Source: a virus | Virus record (IMG/VR): IMGVR_UViG_3300042807_000094 | Length of the DNA: 38,738 nt | Reading direction: 5' to 3' (one strand) | Part shown: positions 10,201-19,879 of the stretch, one piece after another | Layout: the number at the start of each line of letters is the position of its first letter | Position numbering within the stretch: position 1 is the stretch's first letter | The notes under the pieces: model-generated | The model's input: the letters and a program-made list of their open reading frames with translations, nothing else | What the model was told of the DNA's origin: nothing | Database searches by the model: none | Position numbers and translations under genes: made by a program

Positions 10201-13200
10201 CGCCTTGTGAGTTGGTGACACCGAAAGTTAGAGTCGATACGGTTTCAAAGTTAGTAGAGGCATCTAGTGCCCACGAACTTTGACTAATCGCGGTCAAGGT
10301 ACCATTCGTAACCATAGATTTCTTAGCTACAAAACCCTTAGCATTTCTATCTGTTCTTGAATCGCGCCAGAAGTTATTATCAAAGTTAACTCTCTCACGC
10401 ATGATTCCGAGACTTTGGTATACTGCTTGTGGATATACTGTATCAGCTAGCAAGATATTCTTTAGTCGTAGCTTCTTGTTATTAGAAATAAAGCTCTTTA
10501 TTTGATTAACCTTACTCTTGCTTTGATTTGCCATTTCCAGTACTAGATTTAGCTCTTCGTTAGTGAAATGTGAAATCTCATTATTGAGTGAAAGATTAAC
10601 TAGAATATTGGAAGTTGAGTTAGGAGCTTGGAATAGTAATCCCATTGGGCGATTGTCAAGCTCAACTGCTGGTTCAACAAAAGAGTATGTTCTCTGGTTT
10701 GTTAAAGCCTTTGAAATAACAACGTTGCCATCGACTATGGTGACTTGATCGCCATATTTTGGAGTATGTGAGATGGTATTGGTATTCTTCAGCTTCTGAA
10801 TGTACTTCTTATCGGTATGACGTACTTGATACCAAGTAGACTTTGCAAACTTACCGCCTCGATTTGCTATTATGGAGTTAAGAATATAAGCATTGTTAGA
10901 GTTAATCGAGGATGAAATCAAGGTTGGATTCAAGTACCCACTAACACTCGCAGTTAAGCTTAAACCTAGTGTCATTGTGTCAATGTCAAATGGATCAACA
11001 ATATTTGTTACAACACCGTTAAATCCTGTTCTTATCTGAGAGTTGGCAACAACCGAGTATCCGGTAGTGATGCCGTCTACAAATCCGAAAATATTCTTAC
11101 CATTTGAGCTAGTTGCATAGCTGACAATAGAAGAAGCTGTGACGAAAGTTATTGCTGAATCGACACCAGTAGACGAAGAGAAGGTACCGTCAGAAGATAC
11201 GAAACCAGTTGGAACATCGCCACCGGTGGTAACAGGGAACTTATTGTAGGTAACTGCTGCGCCAGTAATCCAAGAGTAGTTTAGATCACTTCTTGGAATC
11301 TGGTATTGGACGAAATAGTTATCGGAGATCGAAGAGCTATAGAAAGCAGTATCAGTTTGCTTTAGAACTCCTAGTTTATTTCTATAAACACCGTGGAACG
11401 ATGCTGTACCGCTATAATCAGCAGCTACTGGTACCGAACCGCTAGTTAATCCATTGATCTCAGAACGGGTTGTTAAGAACGTCCTGAGTGGTAGTCTGAC
11501 GGATAGATTCCTGAATGGTAGAGCATTGTAAACGCTGTATTCGCCATGAGCGGCATCTAGACCGGGACCACCTAGGTTGTCACCCATTGTAGAAGGATCG
11601 CCGGGGGCTGAGAAGCGTTGTACGATCACGTTCTTATTCGTGGTGCGTGCTAGTTTCGTGTAGTCAGAAGTACCACTAACGGCCCACGACCCGGTTGCAG
11701 AAGCACTAAATGGAGTGTCGTTAAACGATAGATCGTTTTCACTTCTACCGGTTGTAGCAACAATATCTAGAGCAAGATTGTAGTTACCAGCAACTGTGGA
11801 AGTGGAACCAGTAGAATGTGCTATATTTGCAAGGTTTACTGGCCTCTTTGCCATACCATCTCTAGAGACTGTAGATCTTGGTTTTGTAATACTACGATTT
11901 GTTATAGTGATGACACCAGAAGATAGATTCATATCATAAGCTTCTGGTCTAGTGTTAGAGTCGTATTGGTTTAACTCAACGTGCCTATGGGCATGACCAC
12001 CGACATATCTTTCGGTAAATGGACCTTGCATTGGGATCTCAAAGTCCATGTCATAGACATCTGAGTGGTGACCAACGATATCGAATCGCTTACCAGAACC
12101 GAATCCGGCAACTAGCTGTGCTTGGTAGCCGGTATTTGGCACACCAGCAGAAGCACTCATAAATGTGAAAGGAAGTACAGAGTATGCTCCAATCTGTGTT
12201 GTGCCAAAAGTGGCACGGAACTTCATTCTTACTTTCTGTAGTTCTAGAGGGGTTTTGACGGGTTCTAGAAGTTTAATGGTGCTTGTATCTTTACAATCTT
12301 CTTTTTCCTCAAAGTTATCAAGTACCAAGGTTTCATTTGCGAGCTTAGCGACAATGGACTTCCATACTTTGGTAACGAATCCCTTTGGGGCGTTCAAGCC
12401 AACAAAAAGAACTTGTTCTATAATCTGATAGAACTTCGAATCCAGAGACATATCGAAGTTATAAAGCTGTGTAAACTTACGATTAGCGTAATCGCTTCCG
12501 TAATATGCAGTACCATCTGGTTGTGATAGAAGTGGGCCAGAAGCAGAAGTGTGCGTAGTTATGGTTCTACGGATAGTTTCTCTCTGTTCATCAACAACAG
12601 CCTTACCGGATGTAATAACGGAACCATTTCTTTCTGCTCTACGATTCCACCAATAGCAGTTTTCATTTTCAACATTTGCTACCGGATGATAGCCTCTATT
12701 CCAAGGATACAGAAGTTCCGAAATACCAAAGACACTTCCTTCGTAGTTTCGGTTTTTGTACTTTAGAATCGGGTAGTTGTACTTGTAGTGATTTCTTTCG
12801 AGAATATGACTTTCAATAACACTGTTAACTCTGTCTGAGGCATCAGCGGTTAGTGGAACTAACTGCCTCAACATTTCAGATAATGAAGCATCGATCCAAC
12901 GGTAATATTCGAAGAACTTATCAACATCTACTGTATTCGAAATGTCTTTAAAGTAGAGTTCTCTAAGCTGACGTAGCTCTTTGTGTTCGTCCCTGTAACG
13001 TTGTACTGGTTGATGATATAGATTATTGAACTCTTTCAAAGAAGAGAACATATTCAACATATCTTTAGAAATATTCCTGAATGGACTCTTTTCAAATGAG
13101 AAGTAGTAGTTCACAGGAAGTATTTCTTTGGTGAATACTTCGTCATCGGTATCTGGTGTCTTTACCAGATCATAACTGTTGATTTCATCAGGTAGAGTTG

Positions 13201-16162
13201 TTTCTGCGAAACTGATGAACTCTTTGGTGACTACATCAGAATCAGAAGCTGGGAAGTTGTGTGCAGTAGCGTTGTAAATAACATTTGTTACCTTAGATAC
13301 GGCACCAAACAAGTTTTTATCATAAGAACCAGATGTAATATCAAATACTTGGAACTCACCGCTTGTGTTGGATGAAGTTACAGAACTGAAATCCCAATGT
13401 AGGGCAAGAGTCTCAATCTCTGGAATATATGTACCGGTTACTGCGTTCTGATTCAAGAACGCATTTCTAGATGGATTCTGGGTGCCAAAACTAAATGGAT
13501 TTTGTGCGTGGAAATCGATGGAGCTTGTTTGAAGTGGCAAAACCCAATGACGTAGTGAACCGAGTCTGATATCACTTCTGTCGATCACGCTTCCGCTAAA
13601 GTTTGTATTCCTAGCGCCTGCGTAGTATCTCTTTGGAGATGAAGCAAGTATTTTGCCTGCTGTATTGGACAAAGAAGCTGTTAGGTAGAAAGAATCCAGC
13701 ACTATGTCTAGTTCTTTATTCACGCCATAAAATGCAAGAGTATAGGTTGTGTTTGCGCTTCCAGTGATTGCTTCATAGTGTAAAGCTTTGTCTGGTGCTA
13801 ATGTTACGCCAAAGTTCCACTTCTTGTTGTCGTATACTGAATAGAATACACTACTCGTTACTTTAACATCGGTCGTACCGTTAACTGCACCCGTAAGAAG
13901 GAAGTAAACATCTTTTGATTCAACGCCAGTTCGAACAGCGTATATACGCAATGTCGTGTCGGCGCTTTGGAAGGTTAGATCAGATGTGCTAGAAGTGTTG
14001 GGTAGATGGAATCCTGCAACCGAGGAAGTAACGAAATCGGTGTAGAAGTATCCAGCCTCACTAAACAGTGGCTTCTTAGCGAATATTACTTCCGCTTCGG
14101 TAGTAAAGCCTAGCTCTTTAAGAGTGTAATCTACTAAGTTGCCTGAAACAAACGAGTTAGCTCCAGCATTATGGTAGATTGTAGCAGCAAAGTTTTCTGG
14201 CTTATTGAAGTTAATAAACTTCTTACCTGCTGCCGTAAAGTCATACCTATTGTCATAAATATATCTTGTATTGTTTGGATAAACAGATACATTTACTACG
14301 TTATCATCAATACCATATGTTCTAATAAGGTTTCTAAATGATTTATCAGTTCCTTTAGACTTATAAATGTATACTAGATTGTTGTACACATTTTGATATA
14401 TAGAGTTCCTGATATCCTCTAGTTCTTCTTCAAAACGATTTGTATTATCTACATTTAGAATCTTTTCGTATAGAGATGAGTTTTCGAAGATTAAAGGAGT
14501 AACAAAACCTTGATTTGCTACTTGATATTCTGCAAATGGTAATGGTTTTTCAAAACTAGAGCTTAAGTATTCTTTGTTTTTGAGTTTACTCAAGCTTGAG
14601 ATACCAGCGTATAGTTCATCTAGCTGGTATGACATGATCTGGGTTAGGTTAAAAAGATCGCCGCCATTTGAACCATCTTCTGGCCTATCTTCCTCGATAA
14701 TCCACGATGGCATCGAGTAATATAGCGATGCATTATTCTTAATATCGTATTCACTACCGGAAGCGATTAGTTCGCCATATAGGCTTGTAATACTTGGATG
14801 GTCTGCTCTAATAATCGGATCTTGGTATTCTGTTGCGGTAGCTCCTGCCAATACCATAGCAGAACCGGTATTTCTGGCTGCTGAGCCGGGATATCCATAC
14901 CATGTACCATTTGTGATACGGCCAGAGTAATCGAGTACAGTCGAGTCTACAGCGGATACGCCTGTGATACCTTCGTTGAACTTGAAGTAGACGCCGAGTT
15001 CTGTATTTGAAACATCAGTGTTTGTACCACCAGCAACTTGGTATTTATAATAGAAGTTGATTTCTTTTTCGTTTCTGACAGACTTCCAGTACCTAAACTC
15101 GTCAAGTGAACCAGATAGCTTGCCGTAACCAAGCATGTTGATTCCGTTGAAAGTAGAACCAGAAGGTGATGTACGGAGAGCGCCGATATTAGCAGACAAA
15201 GCACCGTCAACAATACCCATAGCTTTACTGGCAAAAACGTTAGAGTATTCCCTGTTACCGTTAATATATGCTTTAGCCTCTAGATTGCTGCCAGTGTTCT
15301 GGAAGGTAAAGGCATAATGACGCCATGTTCCATCTGCCAATGAAGATGTTGTAAAGCCACTAATCGAAAGGGCTTGGGATACGGTTGTCGAACCCGAAGA
15401 GATTTCGAAGAAGAAAGTAGATAGTCCGTCAGCAGATCCAGTAATACCAATGAGAAGACGACCATAATCAGTACTAGACGAGACTGCTGAGTTCCAAAGA
15501 TCGAATACGATTTCTTTTTCTGTCGAGGAAGTTGCGAACCCGTCTTTCTTTAACCAGAACTCTACCGCCATGCCATAGGACGGATTCATCAATAGATTTG
15601 TAGTTCTTGTACCGGTTCTTCCGTCTGCCGCTTGTGAAGCGGTAGTATAGACATCTAGTTCAAACTTATTTGCGTCATCAAAGGTATTAGCAAGCGGACT
15701 TCCGATCATACCCTGCGAGGCTGTATGAGGTCCACCAAAGAAATAGATGTACTCTTTGCTAGTTGGGTTACCGTATCCCCCAACTTTAGCACCAGAGAAT
15801 GTGTAGTTGTTGGAAGAAAAGTTGATGTATCCATTTGTTCTTGGATACTTGTGGTTCAACAGATATAGATCTAGATATGTGCAGTTCGATAGATAAAGAT
15901 TTAGCTCTTTCCTTGAACCGTCATAAGGAAACTCATTTACAATATTCGTTACAGAAGCAGAATAGTAGTTTTCTGCTGATCCGAACTTAACGAAGTTCTT
16001 TGGATCGGAGAAGTCCACCAGTGGTATGAACTTCTCAATAGCTTCGAACTTAGCTGCGATATTATCTTTAGACTCTGCATAAAGATAAACGTCGCTGTTT
16101 GTGTTGTCAGCTACCGGAAACGTACCTTGTTTTTGTAGTCCAAATAGATCTTTTATGCTCAT
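7247..16162 (-). CDS. Giant baseplate wedge protein (T4 gp7/P2 gpI-like motif) with LamG/concanavalin-A-like domains (2971 aa)
   Basis: LamG signature AVEFWLK...WRHYAFTF...AYING...IGA...LSGSLDEFRYW...LGVYFKFNEG...VLDYSG and a second LamG-like unit (KKWNFGVT...YAGA...LRHW...LALHWDF). NLVYIYKSKGTDKSFRNLIRTYG matches the KGT motif of gp7/gpI wedge proteins. Lies downstream of gp25 and gp6. Confidence 0.7.
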   Translation of the reverse strand: MSIKDLFGLQKQGTFPVADNTNSDVYLYAESKDNIAAKFEAIEKFIPLVDFSDPKNFVKFGSAENYYSASVTNIVNEFPYDGSRKELNLYLSNCTYLDLYLLNHKYPRTNGYINFSSNNYTFSGAKVGGYGNPTSKEYIYFFGGPHTASQGMIGSPLANTFDDANKFELDVYTTASQAADGRTGTRTTNLLMNPSYGMAVEFWLKKDGFATSSTEKEIVFDLWNSAVSSSTDYGRLLIGITGSADGLSTFFFEISSGSTTVSQALSISGFTTSSLADGTWRHYAFTFQNTGSNLEAKAYINGNREYSNVFASKAMGIVDGALSANIGALRTSPSGSTFNGINMLGYGKLSGSLDEFRYWKSVRNEKEINFYYKYQVAGGTNTDVSNTELGVYFKFNEGITGVSAVDSTVLDYSGRITNGTWYGYPGSAARNTGSAMVLAGATATEYQDPIIRADHPSITSLYGELIASGSEYDIKNNASLYYSMPSWIIEEDRPEDGSNGGDLFNLTQIMSYQLDELYAGISSLSKLKNKEYLSSSFEKPLPFAEYQVANQGFVTPLIFENSSLYEKILNVDNTNRFEEELEDIRNSIYQNVYNNLVYIYKSKGTDKSFRNLIRTYGIDDNVVNVSVYPNNTRYIYDNRYDFTAAGKKFINFNKPENFAATIYHNAGANSFVSGNLVDYTLKELGFTTEAEVIFAKKPLFSEAGYFYTDFVTSSVAGFHLPNTSSTSDLTFQSADTTLRIYAVRTGVESKDVYFLLTGAVNGTTDVKVTSSVFYSVYDNKKWNFGVTLAPDKALHYEAITGSANTTYTLAFYGVNKELDIVLDSFYLTASLSNTAGKILASSPKRYYAGARNTNFSGSVIDRSDIRLGSLRHWVLPLQTSSIDFHAQNPFSFGTQNPSRNAFLNQNAVTGTYIPEIETLALHWDFSSVTSSNTSGEFQVFDITSGSYDKNLFGAVSKVTNVIYNATAHNFPASDSDVVTKEFISFAETTLPDEINSYDLVKTPDTDDEVFTKEILPVNYYFSFEKSPFRNISKDMLNMFSSLKEFNNLYHQPVQRYRDEHKELRQLRELYFKDISNTVDVDKFFEYYRWIDASLSEMLRQLVPLTADASDRVNSVIESHILERNHYKYNYPILKYKNRNYEGSVFGISELLYPWNRGYHPVANVENENCYWWNRRAERNGSVITSGKAVVDEQRETIRRTITTHTSASGPLLSQPDGTAYYGSDYANRKFTQLYNFDMSLDSKFYQIIEQVLFVGLNAPKGFVTKVWKSIVAKLANETLVLDNFEEKEDCKDTSTIKLLEPVKTPLELQKVRMKFRATFGTTQIGAYSVLPFTFMSASAGVPNTGYQAQLVAGFGSGKRFDIVGHHSDVYDMDFEIPMQGPFTERYVGGHAHRHVELNQYDSNTRPEAYDMNLSSGVITITNRSITKPRSTVSRDGMAKRPVNLANIAHSTGSTSTVAGNYNLALDIVATTGRSENDLSFNDTPFSASATGSWAVSGTSDYTKLARTTNKNVIVQRFSAPGDPSTMGDNLGGPGLDAAHGEYSVYNALPFRNLSVRLPLRTFLTTRSEINGLTSGSVPVAADYSGTASFHGVYRNKLGVLKQTDTAFYSSSISDNYFVQYQIPRSDLNYSWITGAAVTYNKFPVTTGGDVPTGFVSSDGTFSSSTGVDSAITFVTASSIVSYATSSNGKNIFGFVDGITTGYSVVANSQIRTGFNGVVTNIVDPFDIDTMTLGLSLTASVSGYLNPTLISSSINSNNAYILNSIIANRGGKFAKSTWYQVRHTDKKYIQKLKNTNTISHTPKYGDQVTIVDGNVVISKALTNQRTYSFVEPAVELDNRPMGLLFQAPNSTSNILVNLSLNNEISHFTNEELNLVLEMANQSKSKVNQIKSFISNNKKLRLKNILLADTVYPQAVYQSLGIMRERVNFDNNFWRDSRTDRNAKGFVAKKSMVTNGTLTAISQSSWALDASTNFETVSTLTFGVTNSQGANYREGILQNNYVMIHTGTTDSKASLRLAPLYARKHLLGSAYSFTPKTSIINETTASLGALGTFPVSYSLGNAQILGGNTKWQAGEKAGYFNSNGTFVSQALTPFYDNYKLFAEDLRPHNQSFTVIPEFRISNFIEYYVKSKQGNFLSENTASFDIFGVCALTASTTVPSSSADTDFYKVYATSDLFENLEETINELQDVTKLDAVKLRFKAIKKFVPYDSFYPSERTVDLAFQFSKSYGSYIQTRGADTASLTAGADNVKLRPIYAPLFTPGILFNSIKSGIAVDYPIYTASFERVQMQNAVLSGDPIPTQTVTTTGSLTGYYLLGTGSGGTNGFDFRVPFEAIYNPKSYLKDVRFLDMEPHPSSALNLSASWDGNGDDLYELMANNFLAEVVDFFLDKGEMSSLVSEPQSTFDGFKPGTYYSMRVRLRRSTNVPRTFSNNYPTPQNSFTQTDLRESLTMYSRPSAFGPPVAARKWIDTSSYANSARPDSLFAYDLAFTPPYYDGEAWADVIFSASSTTHTLDDIFGNSNVFCWRVDSGSDWARGNLYNSHPYGEYANRFAMQLTSSVDLFAKIPVKSVEFDANGNPTVIKEDKTSNDHIWVIQPKFETPVLNFRDSISSSSLSLPTVASESVAVGMWHQFGIVPDSPDKGIFLEVSPIEDVWINNRLKDSMPTAIKNAYGASSEMASLLDIVKFRKKSTRVGNVGKEKTVFEAVVAVPFVESEGKRKFFELDRKLAIEARRVALNPSYEPTAPAIPGQSMVDMYKKMQKYVFPPTFDFYNYDEDDSNYSPVSMYIFEFSHTFTQNDLVRMWQNLPPEAASKAEISESFISHALSGYEILDAIRTTGDNANSKMKWLVFKVKQRAKTNFEDKQLGKRSNPDPRFRGFRTQIGKRSNAVEERYSYNWPYDNFSIVEFGNMNFEIVGSPVINAGSSVGVTGAQINTTGISQPSTIVSVPQQTATPTTPGQSVETGITPAPKTRVR

Positions 16163-16164
16163 TA

Positions 16165-17625
16165 CTACTCTACTCTAAACTTGAAAGTCTCGGGTTGTTC
16201 TACATAAGATCCGATAGATCCATTGTAATAAGAGAACTTTATAGCATAACTATATCCGGCCTCAAAAAGATTCATATCTAAATCGAAATAGTTTCCTTCT
16301 GAGTCGTAGGAAAGAGCCGTATGTTGTGTACTACCAGTTCCGTAAGCTATTACTTCAAGATCGTCAATAACGCGATAAACCTTGTAAGATCCGCTGTCTA
16401 TTGTGGCTGCAACAGGGGTAGCCGTTGCAATCGTATATACGGTAGGAGTCCAGTTTCTAGGTCTTGCGTAAACTCTAAATCTTTCTGTTTGCCCCCTTGT
16501 ATAAGTAGGTTTGAGATTTGTTATTTGAGTAGTAAACTGTTCTGCGTTGACTGAAGATTCTCCAACGAGAACTTGTGGTTCGATAGAACCTGTGAAATAT
16601 TGAGTAGTTAGATTTCCGTTGTGCCATACGTCGAAAATCGTTTCTAATGGGGTTGTGGCAGCGGTTAGCGCAAAGCTAGCCGAGTAGATACCCGTAGACA
16701 CCCAACCGCCTGTAACGACCGTTGGAGAGCCTGCTGTAACGTTTACACCATCGGTCACAAGGGTCAATGCCGAGCCGGTCGGAACGGTCGAGCCAGAGAA
16801 AACCGATACATAGATGTTACCCGTTCCAACGGCTGGAATATTCCTAAGAATACCACGATGATAGTTGTAGAAGTAGATTGTATTTAGGTTTTCGGCTGCG
16901 GTGGAGAGGGAACTGCTGTAATAAAAGTTAGTCCTCTTGTCTTTTCTTGCGTTATTAAAGCGCGCTTCGATTACTGGTCTCTTGAAGAAAAACTCAGAAG
17001 ATCTTGCAAAAAACTTCTTGGTGTAAAGTGAAGTTGTTGGTGCGCTTTCAGCAGAACCAGATATCTTAATCAAAAGACCGTTATTTGGTTTTGTGCCAGC
17101 TAACCATTGTTCTACTATGTCTGATACGTCTACTTGTAAATCTTGTGTACCATCAAATCCAAAAGACTGTGTGTAAAAAGGAGTAGCATAGTAATCTCCC
17201 CCTTGAGATACCCATCCAGCAGTTGAACTAGCACTTATCCAGTTAGATGTATCAGAGTCTGAATATTCATCGAGATCTAAGCCGCGACCTTCATCCCATG
17301 ATCCACTAATCGCTCTTATTTCAAGAGAGTAGTTCCTTGGAAGTGAATAAGCGTGTGGGGCGTTAAATAATCTTAGATAGTGGCTAACATTTCCAGATGC
17401 GGGTAGTGTGCCTGCGGCTCTGTCTAGAGTCATCTGGTCTGTATCAAACTGCACCAAGATTCTGCTCTTCTCTATCGAAGAGGTGGAAGCCTGTCCGTAG
17501 ATTACATAGGTTTCCAACACATCTGCTAGTCCGGTATTTGAACCGGTAGCCCTGTTGACTAAATCACCCTTGAATGCATTAGTGATTGTGTTGTCCTTGG
17601 TAGCATTGTAACGCTTGATACTCAT
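16165..17625 (-). CDS. DNRLRE/CBM96-like beta-sandwich virion protein (486 aa)
   Basis: SRILVQFD...YLRLF...SWDEG...W...GW...GGD...VDVSDIVEQWL...NNGLLIK...F...RPVIE is the typical pattern. TAATG coupling to the gp6-like gene. Confidence 0.65.
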   Translation of the reverse strand: MSIKRYNATKDNTITNAFKGDLVNRATGSNTGLADVLETYVIYGQASTSSIEKSRILVQFDTDQMTLDRAAGTLPASGNVSHYLRLFNAPHAYSLPRNYSLEIRAISGSWDEGRGLDLDEYSDSDTSNWISASSTAGWVSQGGDYYATPFYTQSFGFDGTQDLQVDVSDIVEQWLAGTKPNNGLLIKISGSAESAPTTSLYTKKFFARSSEFFFKRPVIEARFNNARKDKRTNFYYSSSLSTAAENLNTIYFYNYHRGILRNIPAVGTGNIYVSVFSGSTVPTGSALTLVTDGVNVTAGSPTVVTGGWVSTGIYSASFALTAATTPLETIFDVWHNGNLTTQYFTGSIEPQVLVGESSVNAEQFTTQITNLKPTYTRGQTERFRVYARPRNWTPTVYTIATATPVAATIDSGSYKVYRVIDDLEVIAYGTGSTQHTALSYDSEGNYFDLDMNLFEAGYSYAIKFSYYNGSIGSYVEQPETFKFRVE

Positions 17626-19433
17626 TATTCAGCCACTCCTGCTATGTCTAGATCTGTAAACTTCATTTCCATACAGACGTTCTTTGGAACGATTAGGTAT
17701 GTACCATCAACAGATAAAGCCTCGGTAAAATCAAAAGTATTAGAAGAATAAACTCCATCGATTCTTGGCATTAATCTTACCCTTTTTGCGTCGATAACAC
17801 CACGAACTTGTTTGTTGAGGACCGAATAGATCTCCGAGATGGATACCATTTGACCGAAATAGCCGGGTTTGGAGAAATGTTCTGCCAACTTAGCGCGGGC
17901 ATCAGATAGTACCATTTCTTTATCGTAAGCTTTATCAACTAGAATACTGAAATCAACCCCGAAGTTTACGACAAGACCATCCAAGATATCAACAGTATCA
18001 TGAATCATCTTGTAACGGTTAATCCAGTTCTTAAGATTATCCTTCAAAAGCCCGGAAGGTCGTGCTAGCTTACCGTTGAAGTCTTCGGTAAGTACATAAA
18101 GATTGATGTTTCTCTTAAAAGAGTTACTGTCCTTATAGGCTGAGGCTCTAGCTATGGCACCAAACTTAGAAGGCATCGCATAGCAAATAGATTCCATATC
18201 TTGCTGTGTTACTGCCCTGTTCTGCGATGCAAAAAACGAAGCGGATCTGACCTTGATCTCGTCGGCGCTTGGTAAGGAAGCTTGCCCAACGATTGGTTCA
18301 TCATTGTTTATTTCAAGACTAGCGCGGATTGTTCTGACTGTATCGGTGTTTAAAAGATACTCATCTTTGAACTCTAGTATGGGCGTTATGGCTCTTGTAA
18401 GCTTACCAGTTGGTACGTTGACTGTCGTGCTGTCATTATAACGATAAGTCACAGTCAAAGTTGTGTTTGATGGTGAAACGCCTAGCTTATCAGATTGCAG
18501 TAGCTTATTTGGGTCGAAGCTCTGCTCTGTTTCATAGCTACGGCCATAGCGATTTAAAAGGATTGTATTTGGTTCTGCGTAACCAGTGTTTATTAGTTCC
18601 GATTCGCCACCGAATCCAAACTGCAAATAAGAAGTTCCATCTTGCATTACTTCAAAAGTAAATCTTCTTGGAACAGCAAAAGGACGCAAAATAGATGGAA
18701 CAACAACGTTATCCCCGCCCTTATTCTCTATTTCCTTGTAGATAACATTCTGTGTTAGATAATCCACCTCATAGTATTCGTGCCCTTCGGCATCCATGAC
18801 TTGACTGATCTCGTTAATGTTTCTACCGGTTAGCATTACACGTTTGAAACGCTCATAATCTGCTACTGAGATTACCTCGCTTCTAAACCTGCCAGAAATA
18901 ACCACACCATTCTTTCTAAGAGCATAGAATGTGGGTTGTCCTGTAGCTGGATTGATCCTTGCTGGAACGATGTCGGTATCAACTGAGTCGAACCTGACAT
19001 CATCAAGCAAAGTAAATACCGCATTACTTTGTGCGCCGAAGACCGAGTTCTTCTTTAGAACAGGGATAAGCGATGGATCCGGTCCTGAAGTTGGAGAAAC
19101 GGATGATGCTGGCACTAGAACGAAGAACTGTGCAATACCGCTAGAAGTCGATGGACCCTTAAACTTAAATCCGTTTTGTTCGGCTAACTTCCTTACGTTT
19201 CCGTATTCTACGGCTGTTGGTAGAAATGATTCGTTTGCTTGATAATCGATATAAAACGATAGAATGTCACCAATATAAGAAACGCTGTCAATCATAAGCG
19301 AGCCAAAGCTAGCTTCGTTGAAATCTTTATAAGAATCTGGGTAGTACCTCTTTGCAAACTCGATAAGATCAGCTTTAATCTTTTCAAAGTCACGCGAGGT
19401 ATATCTAATAAGTGGCTTCTTCATATTTGACAT
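17625..19433 (-). CDS. Baseplate wedge subunit, T4 gp6/P2 gpJ-like (602 aa)
   Basis: YTSRDFEKIKADLIEFAKRYYPDSYKDFNEASFGSLMIDSVSYIGDILSFYIDYQANESFL and ASQNRAVTQQD are hallmark gp6/gpJ motifs. Adjacent to gp25. Confidence 0.92.
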   Translation of the reverse strand: MSNMKKPLIRYTSRDFEKIKADLIEFAKRYYPDSYKDFNEASFGSLMIDSVSYIGDILSFYIDYQANESFLPTAVEYGNVRKLAEQNGFKFKGPSTSSGIAQFFVLVPASSVSPTSGPDPSLIPVLKKNSVFGAQSNAVFTLLDDVRFDSVDTDIVPARINPATGQPTFYALRKNGVVISGRFRSEVISVADYERFKRVMLTGRNINEISQVMDAEGHEYYEVDYLTQNVIYKEIENKGGDNVVVPSILRPFAVPRRFTFEVMQDGTSYLQFGFGGESELINTGYAEPNTILLNRYGRSYETEQSFDPNKLLQSDKLGVSPSNTTLTVTYRYNDSTTVNVPTGKLTRAITPILEFKDEYLLNTDTVRTIRASLEINNDEPIVGQASLPSADEIKVRSASFFASQNRAVTQQDMESICYAMPSKFGAIARASAYKDSNSFKRNINLYVLTEDFNGKLARPSGLLKDNLKNWINRYKMIHDTVDILDGLVVNFGVDFSILVDKAYDKEMVLSDARAKLAEHFSKPGYFGQMVSISEIYSVLNKQVRGVIDAKRVRLMPRIDGVYSSNTFDFTEALSVDGTYLIVPKNVCMEMKFTDLDIAGVAE

Positions 19434-19454
19434 TTATGGTTCACCGTTCCTCAA

Positions 19455-19462
19455 ATAAATAG
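19455..19462 (-). promoter_or_regulatory. Putative late promoter motif CTATTTAT
   Basis: Intergenic, 22 nt upstream of ATG 19433. Confidence 0.65.
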
Positions 19463-19473
19463 TTAAAGGGTAA

Positions 19474-19848
19474 CTATCTAATCACAAGATCTAATATTTG
19501 TGCATTGCTTGATGGAAAAGTATATTCCATCTTAATCTGTATGGTGTTCGGTTCTTCGTCATTGGAATATACACCAAGGCTTTTGATAGTTACGAATGGC
19601 AAATACGTATTTAACTGTTTAATGATTCTATCTCTAATATTGATCTTGGTTATCTCTGTAAGTGGCTCAAAGAGATAGTTTCGTATCCCTACGCCGAAGT
19701 TAGAATCCATGATTCTTTCGCCGGGAGATGTAAAGATAATCATTTTGACATTTTGCTTTACAACAGATGCTAGATTCTTGTTTAAAGCATATGGTCCGTC
19801 TGATGGGCTTAATTGAAGCGGAAGCTTTACAGAATATCCAGTAGCCAT
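19474..19848 (-). CDS. Baseplate wedge/sheath initiator, T4 gp25/gpW-like (124 aa)
   Basis: VKQNVKMIIFTSPGERIMDSNFGVGIRNYLFEP...IIKQLNTYLPFV is the GPW_gp25 signature. Confidence 0.93.
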   Translation of the reverse strand: MATGYSVKLPLQLSPSDGPYALNKNLASVVKQNVKMIIFTSPGERIMDSNFGVGIRNYLFEPLTEITKINIRDRIIKQLNTYLPFVTIKSLGVYSNDEEPNTIQIKMEYTFPSSNAQILDLVIR

Positions 19849-19867
19849 TTTATACCCTCATATATCG

Positions 19868-19875
19868 ATAAGTAG
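19868..19875 (-). promoter_or_regulatory. Putative late promoter motif CTACTTAT
   Basis: Intergenic, 20 nt upstream of ATG 19848. Confidence 0.65.
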
Positions 19876-19879
19876 ATTA

